A stretch of DNA of 63,759 nucleotides, filler included, from Octopus bimaculoides (lineage: Eukaryota): assembly GCF_001194135.2 (NCBI RefSeq). It is 7 parts of 6 records of this genome, joined end to end, with 100 filler letters (N's around TTAATTAATTAA, not from the genome) between each part and the next. Parts side by side here need not be neighbours in the genome. Positions count along the whole stretch, not along the records: positions 38,201 to 44,698 come from NC_068982.1; positions 44,799 to 60,730 come from NC_069003.1; 5 more parts are not named here. One strand, given 5' to 3'. Position numbers and translations under genes: made by a program. Positions 38,101-50,428 of the stretch are shown piece by piece (within the stretch, counting starts at the first letter, position 1; each line of letters starts with the position of its first letter). The notes beneath the pieces are model-generated. The model was not told the DNA's origin. It saw nothing but the letters and a program-made list of their open reading frames with translations, and did no database searches.

Positions 38101-40653
38101 NNNNNNNNNNNNNNNNNNNNNNNNNNNNNNNNNNNNNNNNNNNNTTAATTAATTAANNNNNNNNNNNNNNNNNNNNNNNNNNNNNNNNNNNNNNNNNNNN
38201 ATATATATATACGTATGCATATATTTACACACACATACACACTGTCAGACAGACACATTTTACATGTATATGTAGTATACAGCAGGGTTTATAATCCAAG
38301 CGTGTGTACTGGATAAGCCAATTTGGATATTGCCATAATCATCTGAATGGCTGTACATGTATTAATTTCAATTAAGAGACCCGAGCATACAAGTAGAGAC
38401 TGCTGGTGAGTCATAATATCTGCAGAGTGGGTATATATTAAAACAAACGCTGAAAAATTGGATATATTTAATTCCTTGCCTCACAGGTGGCACTACACTA
38501 TAAGAAATACATTAGGAATATGTAAAAACAAAAAAAAACAGACATATTATTATTGATCCTGAAAATGATAACATTATACATATAAGAAATTCATAATAGT
38601 TTTACAGGAGAGAAGTTGTTAACTATCTCCTAAACCGTGACTCATTAGACAAAGATAAATGATATTAATATAATATTAATAATATAAACAGTATTATTTT
38701 CGAATCTTATAACTATCATGAATTTATTATATCTATATTGTTATCATTACGATTTACTATATTTGTTATTTTAATAATGCATTTGCTATACGGCAACGAA
38801 ACATCTGTAACATGGAATAAAACATATACCCAATTTTCCAGTTTGCTTATATATATATATATATATATATATNNNNNNNNNNNNNNNNNNNNNNNNNNNN
38901 NNNNNNNNNNNNNNNNNNNNNNNNNNNNNNNNNNNNNNNNNNNNNNNNNNNNNNNNNNNNNNNNNNNNNNNNNNNNNNNNNNNNNNNNNNNNNNNNNNNN
39001 NNNNNNNNNNNNNNNNNNNNNNNNNNNNNNNNNNNNNNNNNNNNNNNNNNNNNNNNNNNNNNNNNNNNNNNNNNNNNNNNNNNNNNNNNNNNNNNNNNNN
39101 NNNNNNNNNNNNNNNNNNNNNNNNNNNNNNNNNNNNNNNNNNNNNNNNNNNNNNNNNNNNNNNNNNNNNNNNNNNNNNNNNNNNNNNNNNNNNNNNNNNN
39201 NNNNNNNNNNNNNNNNNNNNNNNNNNNNNNNNNNNNNNNNNNNNNNNNNNNNNNNNNNNNNNNNNNNNNNNNNNNNNNNNNNNNNNNNNNNNNNNNNNNN
39301 NNNNNNNNNNNNNNNNNNNNNNNNNNNNNNNNNNNNNNNNNNNNNNNNNNNNNNNNNNNNNNNNNNNNNNNNNNNNNNNNNNNNNNNNNNNNNNNNNNNN
39401 NNNNNNNNNNNNNNNNNNNNNNNNNNNNNNNNNNNNNNNTATATATATATATATATATCCACAAATATACTTATATAAATATATAAGTATACATATATAC
39501 GTTTGAATATGCAAATATTTATACACATAGCTAAATATATGTGTGTGAGGACACTCACATAAATTTTATTTGGAATCAACTCAACTTTTGGTACATTTTA
39601 AAAGAAAATTAAATCATATATTTTATAATTGTCCAAGTGTATAATAAATATTATTCCCAATGTATGATTGTAGGAAATATAAGAAAAATACTCTGCGCAT
39701 GCGCAATTGTTTTTAATTTGCGCTGCTTTTCGGTATTTTCCGTAGAGTATGATGAATGGCAATATCGTTTTTTTAGAGAGTGACTGAACAGAAGAACAGT
39801 CGATGGTATAATGTTCATCGTATCCTTTTGGGGAGCTCAACTTCTTTTTGATTGAGGTGTGAAATATTTTAGCTGATCGTGTCGTGTGATACGAACCAGG
39901 TTGTACTCTCACCTCGTATTGAACTGATATTTCAACTTGAGTGCTTTACATGGCTGTAGGATATCCCAAAATGATCATTGAAATATTATGATGTAGTTAC
40001 ACATTTAAATATATTGTGAAAGAACACAATCTATACAGGTAGACATTATAATGAATATTTGATTCGAACTTCCTTATATTTATATATATTTCATTATAAA
40101 TATAATTAATCAAACTGCAAGTTTCGTATGTGAAACGTATTCATCAACAAAAAGAAAAGTGGGTTACTTCCTGTTTGTCCATTGTGTATTGCTGCAAAGA
40201 AAGGACAGTGTTTGTATTGCATAAAATAACATAAAAGGAATATTTATCTGTTGTCTCAATAAGACGGGTGCTCTAAAACATGAATTATTAAGCTATTTAC
40301 TACGAGGGAAATCGTAAGTGCAATCTGTCTGTTTGTATTTTCGCTACCGATTCGTTCTGTTGATCGGGAGAAGAACGACATCTTGTTTACTATTTTCCTA
40401 CCCATTTAACCGTGACAAAAATCAACGATCTTTTTCTCTTCGCTGGCGAATATTGACGTAGAAAACATTAAGGAGCAATTTTGAAATATATACCTACTGA
40501 TGAATGCACTTGATGTACGAAACTTTCATTTCGATTAATTATAATTATAATGAAGTAAACGTGAATATAATGATCGAATTTGACTCGGTCAGAATAGATG
40601 CCACCAAATGACAACATTCAATCCTATATTCTAACTCCCCAACCAATTTGATA

Positions 40654-40702
<49 letters not shown>

Positions 40703-40733
40703 GCTACTGCTGCTGCTGCTGCTACTGCTGCTG

Positions 40734-40770
<37 letters not shown>

Positions 40771-40806
40771 AAGCTATGATGATGATGATGATAATGATGA
40801 TACTAC

Positions 40807-40866
<60 letters not shown>

Positions 40867-40892
40867 CAGTAGTAATAATAATAACAATAATG

Positions 40893-40953
<61 letters not shown>

Positions 40954-40979
40954 TAATAATAATAATAATGATAATAATA

Positions 40980-41717
40980 ATGGAAAAACAAAGAAGTACA
41001 GAAAGGACATGCGGAAAAATTTCGCCACAAGGGACAACAGAATCAGTTCTATGTATCCCCAACAGAAGTAGGTGGGAAAATACGTTGGAATTAGCTGAAG
41101 AAAGGAACATTGGAAAAAGAGACCGAAAGCACTATACTGGAAGAGCAAGACCGAGATTTGGTCAACCTTAGGAATGAGCAAGTGACTCCGCTGTGCCGCG
41201 TCTGCAATAGAGTGGATGAAATCATTGCCCATATTACGGACGAATGCTCTAGACTTGCCCCAATCCACTACAAGTTGTGGCGACACGACTAGGTAGCGAA
41301 AGTCCTACATTGGAAACTACGAAAAGTGGGGGCTAGAGAGAGGCAAGACGTGGTGTGAGCATAAACTGCAGAGAGGGGAGGAGTTGGAGACTTGCAAAAC
41401 CCTCTAGGATTTCCCAATTTAAATTGATCAGGTGCTAGAACATAACAGACCGGACCTAGTGGTGGTGGACAAGGCGCACCACGTATGCTATATGGTTGAT
41501 GTTGCATGCCCCTTTGACCAACGAATAGTCAAGAAGGAAGTCGAAAAGATAGACAGATATAACCCTCTTAAGTACTAAATAGCTTGGCTTTGGAAAATGA
41601 AGAAGGTGAAGGTAATGCCAGTTATTGTTGGGTCCTTGGGGACAGTATCAGAAGGCATCAAGAGGAATTTAAAGGAAATTGGAATAGAGCGCCCAGTAGA
41701 ACTGTTAGAAAATATAT
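40980..41717 (+). mobile_element. Dong/R4-like REL LINE 3' fragment
   Basis: Contains CRVCNRVDEIIAHITDEC, RHD*, HNRPDLVVVDK...VDVACP and VMPVIVGSLGTV. The 5' junction is in (TAA)n; the 3' end is cut by a SINE. Confidence 0.88.
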
Positions 41718-41721
41718 GACT

Positions 41722-41885
41722 GTATACGACGGGCTTCTTTCAGTTTCCGTGTACCAAATCCACCCATAAGGCTTTGGTCGGCCTGGGGCTATAGTAGAAG
41801 ACACTTGCCCAGGGTGCCACGCAGTGGGACTGAACCCGGAGCCATGTGATTGGGAAGCAAGCTTCTTATCACAGAGCCACTCTTG
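41722..41885 (-). mobile_element. Family B SINE 5' half
   Basis: Reverse complement reads GGCTCTGTGATAAGAAGCTTGC...GGGTTCAGTCCC...CTGAAAGAAGCCCGTCG. Confidence 0.82.
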
Positions 41886-41970
41886 TGCCTAATGTTGATA
41901 ATAATAATAATAATAATAACAATAATAATAATAATAATAATAATAGTGATAATGATGATGATGATGATGA

Positions 41971-42560
41971 TTTCTTTTATTGTCAACAAGGGCTCAAGAC
42001 ATGGAGGACAATATCGAAGGACGAGTTACAGTACACAAAAAGAAATTACAAAAACATGTGGGGTTTACATCAATCAAGAGAAGATACTACCACATTAAAA
42101 GGTATAACAGAGCATATATAATAGAAAGTAGAGAAATAAATAATAAATAAATAGAATCCCTAATAGCGGGGCAGTCCACTTAGAGTAATCCACACAAAAA
42201 TCTTGGATTACTCCGCCATCCTCAGGGCATAGGAAAGTGCCCTCTTCCTGTTTCTTTCCTTCTGCTTAGAAAAGCATATTCAGAGTAGATCCATTCTCAC
42301 CAGTCTTGCCACTGTCAACCACCTTTTGATAAACACACTAGAAGGCAGCACCTCCCTCTCTACTCTCACCTTCCTCTCTACTCTCACCTTCCTCTCTACT
42401 CTCACCTTCCTCTCTACTCTCACCTTCCTCTCTACTCTCACCTTCCTCTCTACTCTCACCTTCCTCTTCAAATGGTATATGAAGAAATTGATGAGGGCTT
42501 GGATGAGGAAAGTGCCTGTCTTCAAACCTTTCAGACGGGTCCGCCACTCAGCATGGTGGT
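41971..42560 (-). mobile_element. Tx1-like LINE ORF2 C-terminus and 3'UTR
   Basis: Translates ALINFFIYHLK(RKVRVE)x6 REVLPSSVFIKRWLTVARLVR; the tail ends cccttgttgacaataaaagaaat. Confidence 0.65.
42361..42468 (+). repeat. 18-bp tandem repeat TACTCTCACCTTCCTCTC x6
   Basis: Six consecutive units, the last with one substitution; in frame with the LINE ORF on the minus strand. Confidence 0.95.
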
Positions 42561-42574
42561 GCCAACAAAAGAGA

Positions 42575-43285
42575 CACATTTGACGAAACAATAGACCATC
42601 TCGTCTCGGGGTGTCCTGTGCCGACACCAAACGAATACAAAAATCGCCACGATAGGGTAGGGCAGTATTTACATTGGAAAATATGTAAACCCTACAAAAT
42701 CAGCACTCCTGCTTACTGGTATCCCGAGCCAGTCGTTGAAGGTAAAAATGTCACTATCCTCTGGGATTTTCCAGTCAATACTGACAGAGCGATCCAGGCT
42801 AATCGACCAGACATTATTAAAGACAGAGAAGAGAATACTTGTAGACTAATAGATGTATGTATTCCCACTGATGAAAAAAAAAATAACTAAAGGAATTTGA
42901 CAAATCAAGTAAACATAAGAACCTGGAAATTGAAATACAAAAGATGCGGCATCTTAAAGCGAGAACTCTTCCTGTTATTGTAGGTAATCTAAGTATTATA
43001 AAAAAGGGATGTCAGAAACATTTAGATAAGATCCCAGGAGAACCATGTCTCAGAGAAATTCAAAAGGTTGTCCTGACAAGTACTGCCCACATCCTTAGAA
43101 AAAACCTTATCCATTTAAATGTCTGTGTTGTATTACATGGAGATATTTCGCTACTGTCCCTGCCACTCCCCCCTCCCCAAGCTTTCAGTCATACTGTCAA
43201 GATCTCTTATCCTTCACTCGGCCTAGGACGCTGGGTGTGTCTTGGTTAATGATTGTAACAAATATGCAGATTAAAAGTAAAAGCT
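42575..43285 (+). mobile_element. Dong/R4-like REL LINE 3' fragment
   Basis: Contains ETIDHLVSGC...RHDRVGQYLHWKIC, ANRPDII...LIDVCIP, LPVIVG and IQKVVLTSTAHILRK; (TAA)n tail at about 43286. Confidence 0.88.
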
Positions 43286-43560
43286 AATAATAATAATAAT
43301 AATAATAGTACGCAACTCCCGCAACATGTACTTTATAGGTCGGATACCCAACTGGAGGACGCAACTCGCATTACACGCACAACGCACAATACTAAGACGA
43401 ATACAAGAAAATACTCAGCACCGGGAAGAGTCTGTACTTCCACAGCATTAATGGAAAAGAACACACAAAGATGGTCACAGCTCAGCAACACAAAAGTGAA
43501 GCAGCAGGAATTTGACAGAAACTATCAAATGTCGAATGACAACGACAACAACAACAACAA

Positions 43561-43769
43561 TAATTTCTACTCTAGGCACAAGGTCTGATATTTTGGGGGA
43601 TGGAGCCAATCGATTAGAGCGACACCAGTGCGCAATTGGTACTTAATTTATCGACCCCGAAAGGATGAAAGACAGACAACCTCGGCGGAATTTGAACTCA
43701 GAACATGAAGACGGACGAAATGGCGCTAAGCATTTCGTCCGGTGTGCTAACGATTCTGCCAGCTTGCCA
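43561..43769 (-). mobile_element. Family A SINE with the type-2 tail
   Basis: Full head, B box and core. Confidence 0.85.
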
Positions 43770-43810
43770 CATTTACAGCAGCAGCAGCAACAACAACAAC
43801 AACAACAATG

Positions 43811-43859
<49 letters not shown>

Positions 43860-44310
43860 GGATTTCATTTATTTGTCACGAGGGCGAAGGATGAGGGGGA
43901 CAATACAAAGACAGACATAAAGTGTAGGGGTTTACATATAATGATGAAATATAAAAAAAAGAAAGAAAGAATAGATTGTATATACTGAAAAAGAAGGGAC
44001 ATATGCATAGAATACAAATGTTTAAGAAAAAAAGTGGTGAGGAGGAGGATGATAGAGATGTGGCCCTCCTGATACAGGAACGCCTCTAGGGATTATCGTG
44101 GAACCCCACTGTCCGAGATTTCCCGAGAAGCCTTAGGAGCAAGTGCCCTCTCTAATTCCTTCTCTCCGACTCACAGGTCTACACGTAGAGAGGTGCCATC
44201 CACTCTTACCACTTTCGCAACTTTCACCCATATTTCAAAGAAATCACTCGAAGACCGCACTTCTCTCTCTCTCTCTCCACTCTCAATTTCCTATTCAAGT
44301 GAAACTTGAA
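43860..44310 (-). mobile_element. Second Tx1-like LINE 3' end
   Basis: Translates FFKFHLNRKLRVEREREVRSSSDFFEIWVKVAKVVRVDGTSLRVDL*, homologous to the element at 41971-42560, with a homologous tail. Confidence 0.65.
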
Positions 44311-44329
44311 GAACAACAACAGTAGCTTG

Positions 44330-44480
44330 GAGAAGACAAAAGTCACTATAAGATGTTTGAATTGAGATTACATTGCTGACCTGTGGAAAAGTGGAATTCT
44401 CTACTTTGAAAGGATTCTCAGAAATCGTGAAATTTGAGGAGACATGTTGTCATCAAACCTCAAGACAGTATCCTTACTAA
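44330..44480 (+). mobile_element. Very degenerate REL LINE 3' end
   Basis: gaaatttgaggagacatgttgtcatcaaacctcaagacag matches the 3'UTR of the element at 283-566. Confidence 0.55.
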
Positions 44481-44881
44481 ATAAAGCAGCAGGTTATTAA
44501 GCTTTATACCAACATCACTAATAGAACCACCCATCAGATTTATATATACATATAAATATATATTTATGTTTGATATTTATAATATGTTTATCGAAGAGAT
44601 ATATCTTCACAGTATAAATATATTAAACCAATGTAACTTGGATGGTACCATCCCTATAAGAGGTTTGTATTCTGAAATTGTCTGTATATATGAATATANN
44701 NNNNNNNNNNNNNNNNNNNNNNNNNNNNNNNNNNNNNNNNNNTTAATTAATTAANNNNNNNNNNNNNNNNNNNNNNNNNNNNNNNNNNNNNNNNNNNNAT
44801 TTTAATCACCTTACTTTGAAATTGTATGGATAATACCGTACTAAATTCTGGTGCCTCAACTTAAGTACCATATTCACCTGA

Positions 44882-44919
<38 letters not shown>

Positions 44920-44922
44920 ATA

Positions 44923-44958
<36 letters not shown>

Positions 44959-45000
44959 ACAGAAATGTATAACAACCACCAGTGTGCGTCCGAACGTTGC

Positions 45001-45126
45001 TTAAGTGCTGCCCTCTAGCGGTGGGCTTTTCGTGCAAAGCAAGGGTGTGTGGCGCTGATTCTGCCTTCTCTGCTGCGGATTGGCTGAGACGTCTTTCCCG
45101 GCTGTTTAAGTGCTGCCCCCTGCCGA
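45001..45126 (-). promoter_or_regulatory. Tandem CTCF-like motifs flanking a CCAAT box
   Basis: Minus-strand motifs CCGCTAGAGGGCAGCAC and TCGGCAGGGGGCAGCAC in the same orientation; shared 13-mer TTAAGTGCTGCCC repeated at 105-bp spacing; ATTGG at 45079. Confidence 0.45.
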
Positions 45127-45407
45127 GAAAGCTTCACACCGCTGTTTGTAAACACAAGTTGAGCAAGAGAAGTTCTTGGAGAGGGGTGTGGGGGAAGGCA
45201 GGATAAAGGAGAAGGAGGGTGGCAGGGTAAGAAACAACTGCTTATTTTTAGGTAGCATGGTAACCCCCGACCTCCATCCCGCCATCTCACACACGCTCAA
45301 ATACATTCTGCACACACGTTACAGACATTACATACATAATACATACGTACATACATACATACATACACACATATACACATATTTACAGGCATTCAAGTAA
45401 CAATCAG

Positions 45408-45454
<47 letters not shown>

Positions 45455-45721
45455 TATATACAAAAATTATATATACATACACATATATACGTACGGCTGA
45501 AACGTATAAAAGAATAAAAGAATATATNNNNNNNNNNNNNNNNNNNNNNNNNNNNNNNNNNNNNNNNNNNNNNNNNNNNNNNNNNNNNNNNNNNNNNNNN
45601 NNNNNNNNNNNNNNNNNNNNNNNNNNNNNNNNNNNNNNNNNNNNNNNNNNNNNNNNNNNNNNNNNTATATATATATACATATATATAGAGAGTGTGTGAA
45701 TAGCTGGTGTGTTTATGAATG

Positions 45722-45761
<40 letters not shown>

Positions 45762-47359
45762 TACACACACATACACACACATTCATAAACATACCAGCGT
45801 TTCACGTTATAATTATTCACATACAAACACAAACACTTTCATACATACATGACTTCTCTGTCCCAGACGTAAACACACTCACGTACACACATTATCTTCT
45901 CACGACACTTAATTCAAACTGGCAACTTTTACTATACACACTTACACACATGCACACACACTTATACAAAGACTCGCACATACTTAGACATAAATAAACT
46001 CATACGTATCCACATACACTCACACATACGCATAAGCTCAAACTTACACACACTCACACATACTTAAACACATAGTATCAGCCACACATACACACTCTCA
46101 CATACACATACGCATTCATACATATAGACACACACTCAAACATGCTTACACATACACGCTCACACATGTTTATACATAAATACACACATTCATACATGCT
46201 TACACACAAACAAACATACATTCACATACTTACACAGCCTTTCACACACCAGACACATACTCTCACACACACACATAAACAGACATTCCCAAAAACATTT
46301 GCAGACAAACCGTTCACACAATTTCAAACATAGACTCACCTCCTACCGCCAAATCTCCTGATATCAGGAGATTTCGTAGTTTTTTGCATGTTTCATTTTT
46401 AAAACGTCTGTCAAACAACGATATCCTCGAAATCGAAACCGGCATAGTGACTTCACAATCACAATCAAACTAGCTTCTATTGGCGGACTGAGAATTACCG
46501 GGAGGGTGCTTGTCGACAACTCAGCAATACAAATTTCCATCGCAACGTCCTCAAGGACTACACAGTCTACTCTCCTCCAAAACTACAAACTCGTGCTAAT
46601 TAAAGTATCATTCAAAGGAAAGCGAGTTGGCAGAGTCGTTAGCAGGCCGGGGTCGATTATGTCTTTCATGCTTTTGGGGTCGATAAAATAAGTGCCAGCT
46701 GAGCACTGGGATCGATGTGATCGATTTTCCCCTCCCCAGAACTTGCTGGACTTGTGCCAAAATTTGAAACCAATTAAGGTATCAGTTTCGTCCTCGCACC
46801 CCATACCATCGCTTCAGCAAAATTTCTCTTCTACTATTTTTTTTCATCCTAGTTACACAAGCCTAAAGTACATTATTAATCACATATTTCAGTCAACAAA
46901 TCTGGCTTTCTTTAGGGTGTGTGTAGAGAGTTTTGTTCTCTAAGGAGCCGAAACATGGACTATGAAGGAGCTTGAAGATAGAATTAATGGTATATACAGG
47001 GTCAGTTATAAGCCAACTCGACAAATGTGTCCAAATTGGGCCCCGCGCCGAGAGAAAACTCTGCGCCAAGAGAGGGGCGCGCACCGATAGAGGACCCCGT
47101 ATACACACTCGAGCGGAGGAAGCTATGTTGAACTTTTAGTATATCATTATGACTAATGGAAAAGCATGAAGCCATCAACGCTTTTTAGCTGGGACTGGCG
47201 TACTAAACGAAGCATAAAACATCAATCTTCAGCTTTTGTAGAGATTGAAGGCCCACTGACAATTCTCTAGTTGGGTCCCGCACTGCCAAGCGCCGGCTCT
47301 GGTTATATAGGCTTCTCGCGAGGGCACAAAACATCTCATAACGTGATTATAAGGAGATT

Positions 47360-47520
47360 TAAGGACACATTCACCCATCTCTAGCATTTTTGCCCAGTTT
47401 GACGCAAAACTTCATTCCATAGCGAGCATCCAAATTGTCTTCATGTTCCCATTGTATTCTGCAAACTTGTCAGTTGTGACAAGCAGTGTTTAGTAGGGTG
47501 TGTCCAAAGTGCTGGAATTA
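47360..47520 (-). mobile_element. Mariner transposase N-terminal remnant
   Basis: Reverse complement translates HEDNLDARYGMKFCVKLGKNA, resembling the mariner HTH start EQRxxIKFCxKLGK. Confidence 0.55.
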
Positions 47521-47739
47521 AAAAAAAAGAGTTGGCAGGTCAGCTTATTAGATGTATAGTAATGATATACTAAAATTACAATAATCTAGAACAGTTTTAA
47601 CTAAAAAAAACTCTCAAAAAAGTCTCAAAACTTCTGAAATGTACCTTGTACATTCATGCCCACAGTAAATGGCGAATATGTATTCACTATACATAATATA
47701 TATATATATATATTATATATAAGCATTATTAGATACTAT

Positions 47740-47770
<31 letters not shown>

Positions 47771-47810
47771 CGCGATATATATATATATATATAAGCATTA
47801 TTACATACTA

Positions 47811-48030
47811 CAGTAATTCCTCGCCATATTGTGGTTCACCAATCGCTGCTTATTATTTAAGCTTACGTCGATTCCTCTGTGGTGTTATTTTACAGTGCTT
47901 CTCTCCTGTTCGTCGATTTTTGAGATGGCTGAAACGAAGGAACAGCGTACTTTCGTGAAATTCTGTTTTTTGCTGCGGAAAATGATGGCCGAAACAGTTG
48001 TCATGCTTCAAACAGCTTATAAGGACGCTG
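47811..48030 (+). mobile_element. Tc1/mariner remnants (TA|CAGTAATTCCTCG terminus and transposase start)
   Basis: Translates MAETKEQRTFVKFCFLLRKMMAETVVMLQTAYKD, a mariner HTH start. Confidence 0.65.
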
Positions 48031-48669
48031 CGCGCGTGTAGCAATATAGGTATACAGAAAGAATAAGGGAGAGAGAGAGAGGGTGGAGAAAGAAAGATGT
48101 TACAATATATTAATTGAAAACAATTGACCTAACCATTTTCTTTCTCCTCAGACACATAAAGTGAAATATAATCCCACACATAAACAGCGAGATAGATAGA
48201 CAGATAGATAAATAGAGAGAGAGAGAGAGAGAGAGAGGGAGGGAGACGCTAAAACATCCGGTGTCAAATAAGTTATCGTCGAATCAGTGTTGCCGAAACG
48301 GCTGTGCCAAAATGTCTTTTTTAATACCCTATCAAGGCAGAAATACGCGACTATAGCTGTTCTCCAAACAATCTGATTGTCTTTTCCTTCATGACAAGTC
48401 GTTTTCAGAGTAATTCTTGCTTTTTGAGATTATCTCCCTTCGCATTTGGAGCTGATCACAATTATCGCAAAACATTTGTTTATTCTTCTCTCGAAGGGAA
48501 GATAACTCTGGTAAGACAAGAATTTATCTTGTATAACATTTGATATACTTTTATTCGTCTTTATTGTCTGTTGTTATATCACTGATCACTGGGTTATTCC
48601 TCTTCCTCTTCGTTTAAATTATGAAAATTATCCTAGACTATATATGTTTACTGTTTTTATATCCTTTGA

Positions 48670-50428
48670 TTCTTTTATTCTTTTACTTGTTTCAGTCATT
48701 TGACTGCGGCCATGCTGGAGCACCGCTTTGAACGATTTTAGCCGAACAAATCGACCCCCCAGGACTTATCTTTTTAAGCCTATTACTTATTCTATCTCTT
48801 TCTGTCGAACCACTACCTTACGGAGACGCAAGCACATCAACACCGGTTGTCAAGCGGTCATGGGGACAAGCACACAAACACACACACACACACATATAAC
48901 CGCTAAGTTACGGGGACATAAACACACCAACATCGGCTGTCAGGCGATGGTGGAGGGACAAACACAGACACACAAATATATACATACACAGACATGCAGG
49001 AAGTAAATAGACACCGTTAATTTTCAAAATCTTTAATACGCAAAGCAAACAATTGAAATGTAATCGATAGGTAGGACCACATACTTTAGTATTTAGTTGA
49101 CATTCCCTTTGCAGTTTTTAATTCAGAAACTCTTTTTGGCATTGAACTGATGAGCTTTGTGATTGTCTCTCGTGGAATTTCTGCCCACTTTCCAGGCAAC
49201 AATCGAAACAATTCATCTTTAGATTCAGGTTTCTGTTGAGTTTTTCGTATAAATTTATCTTGTATGCTCCAAAGATTTTCAATTGAGTTTATATCTGGAG
49301 ATTGGCTCGGCCAAGGAAGCTTTTTGTGATCCCATTTTCAGTTAGCCATTGTTGATTCCTTTTCGCTGTGTGACATGGAGCCCCATCTTCCATGAATACA
49401 AACTCATTTTTCGTTATGTTATCGTGTGAATACATCGGAAGTTGTCCTTGCTTAATTATTTCGATGTATTTTTCAGAGTTTATGGTCCCAACACATTCGA
49501 TCAGCTCAGAACAACCATTGCTGGTGACAGCTCCCCATACCATTAAAAAGAAACCACCATGTTTCACAGTTGGTTGGAGTCGTTTCAAATCAAATTCTTG
49601 ATTGGGAAGCCTCCAGACCCAAACACGTCCACTGTCTGAAAATAATGTAAATCTGGATTCATCTGAGAAAATCACTCTATCCCAAAATGAACTGGATTTT
49701 TCTGACATCTCCTAAGCCCATTTCTTTCTTTTCACGATATTAATTGGTTGAAGGAGAGGTTTTCTTCTAGCTGCTCGTCCATAATACCCAAGCTTATGCA
49801 GATATATAACACACGTTCTAGGACTAACTTCTAGCTGTTTTGCAATGTCAAAAGCCTTCGAACGGGGTTCGTTTTCCACAGTTCTCTTCAAACAGCAAAG
49901 CTTCCTTTCCGAGGGCCCAGGTCAACCGGGAAAAGAATCTGTTGATTCTTTTCCTTGGCTTTTGAATTGCACTGTCATTCTATTAACAGTAGCAAGAGGA
50001 ATTTGAAGATTTTCGGCAAGTTTTTGCTGGCTAAGACCAGCCTCAGATTGCCCAACAATACGACCTCTTTGAAAATCTGATAGTTCTGCTGAATTTTTTG
50101 TGTGTGACATTGTTACTCTTCGCAAATGTTTAATATAATGGCACCTGGAATGAAAAAGAATAATTACATTGTAAATTCTACACCACTGAAAACATATTAA
50201 GGCGCTCAGATCAGAAATTTTGAAAATTAAAGGTGTCTATTTGCTTCCTGCATGTTTGTGTGTATATATATATATGATGGGGTTCTTTCAGTTTCCGTCT
50301 ACCAAATCCACTCACAAGGCGTTGGTCGGCCCGAGGCTATATTAGAAGACACTTGCCCAAGGTGCCACGCAGGGGGTCTGAACCCGGAACCACGTGGTTG
50401 GGAAGTAAGCTTCTTACCACACAGCTAT
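48670..50428 (-). mobile_element. Family B SINE split by a Tc1 insertion (head 50428-50255, tail 48992-48670)
   Basis: The two halves occur joined in the copy at 53220-53580. Confidence 0.75.
48993..50254 (-). mobile_element. Near full-length Tc1 (DD34E) transposon, inactive
   Basis: 38-bp TIRs with 2 mismatches (48993-49030, 50217-50254). Transposase 50110-49086 has SDESRF, EDGAPCH and, after a frameshift, SPDINSIENLW; it carries in-frame stops. Confidence 0.92.

Noticed and set aside
40497-40530. CTGATGA...GAAAC hammerhead-like motif
   Set aside because: The first pair of stem II is mismatched and there is no adjacent stem I.
47003-47315. GC-rich hAT-like MITE
   Set aside because: The putative ends match each other poorly and no TSD was found.
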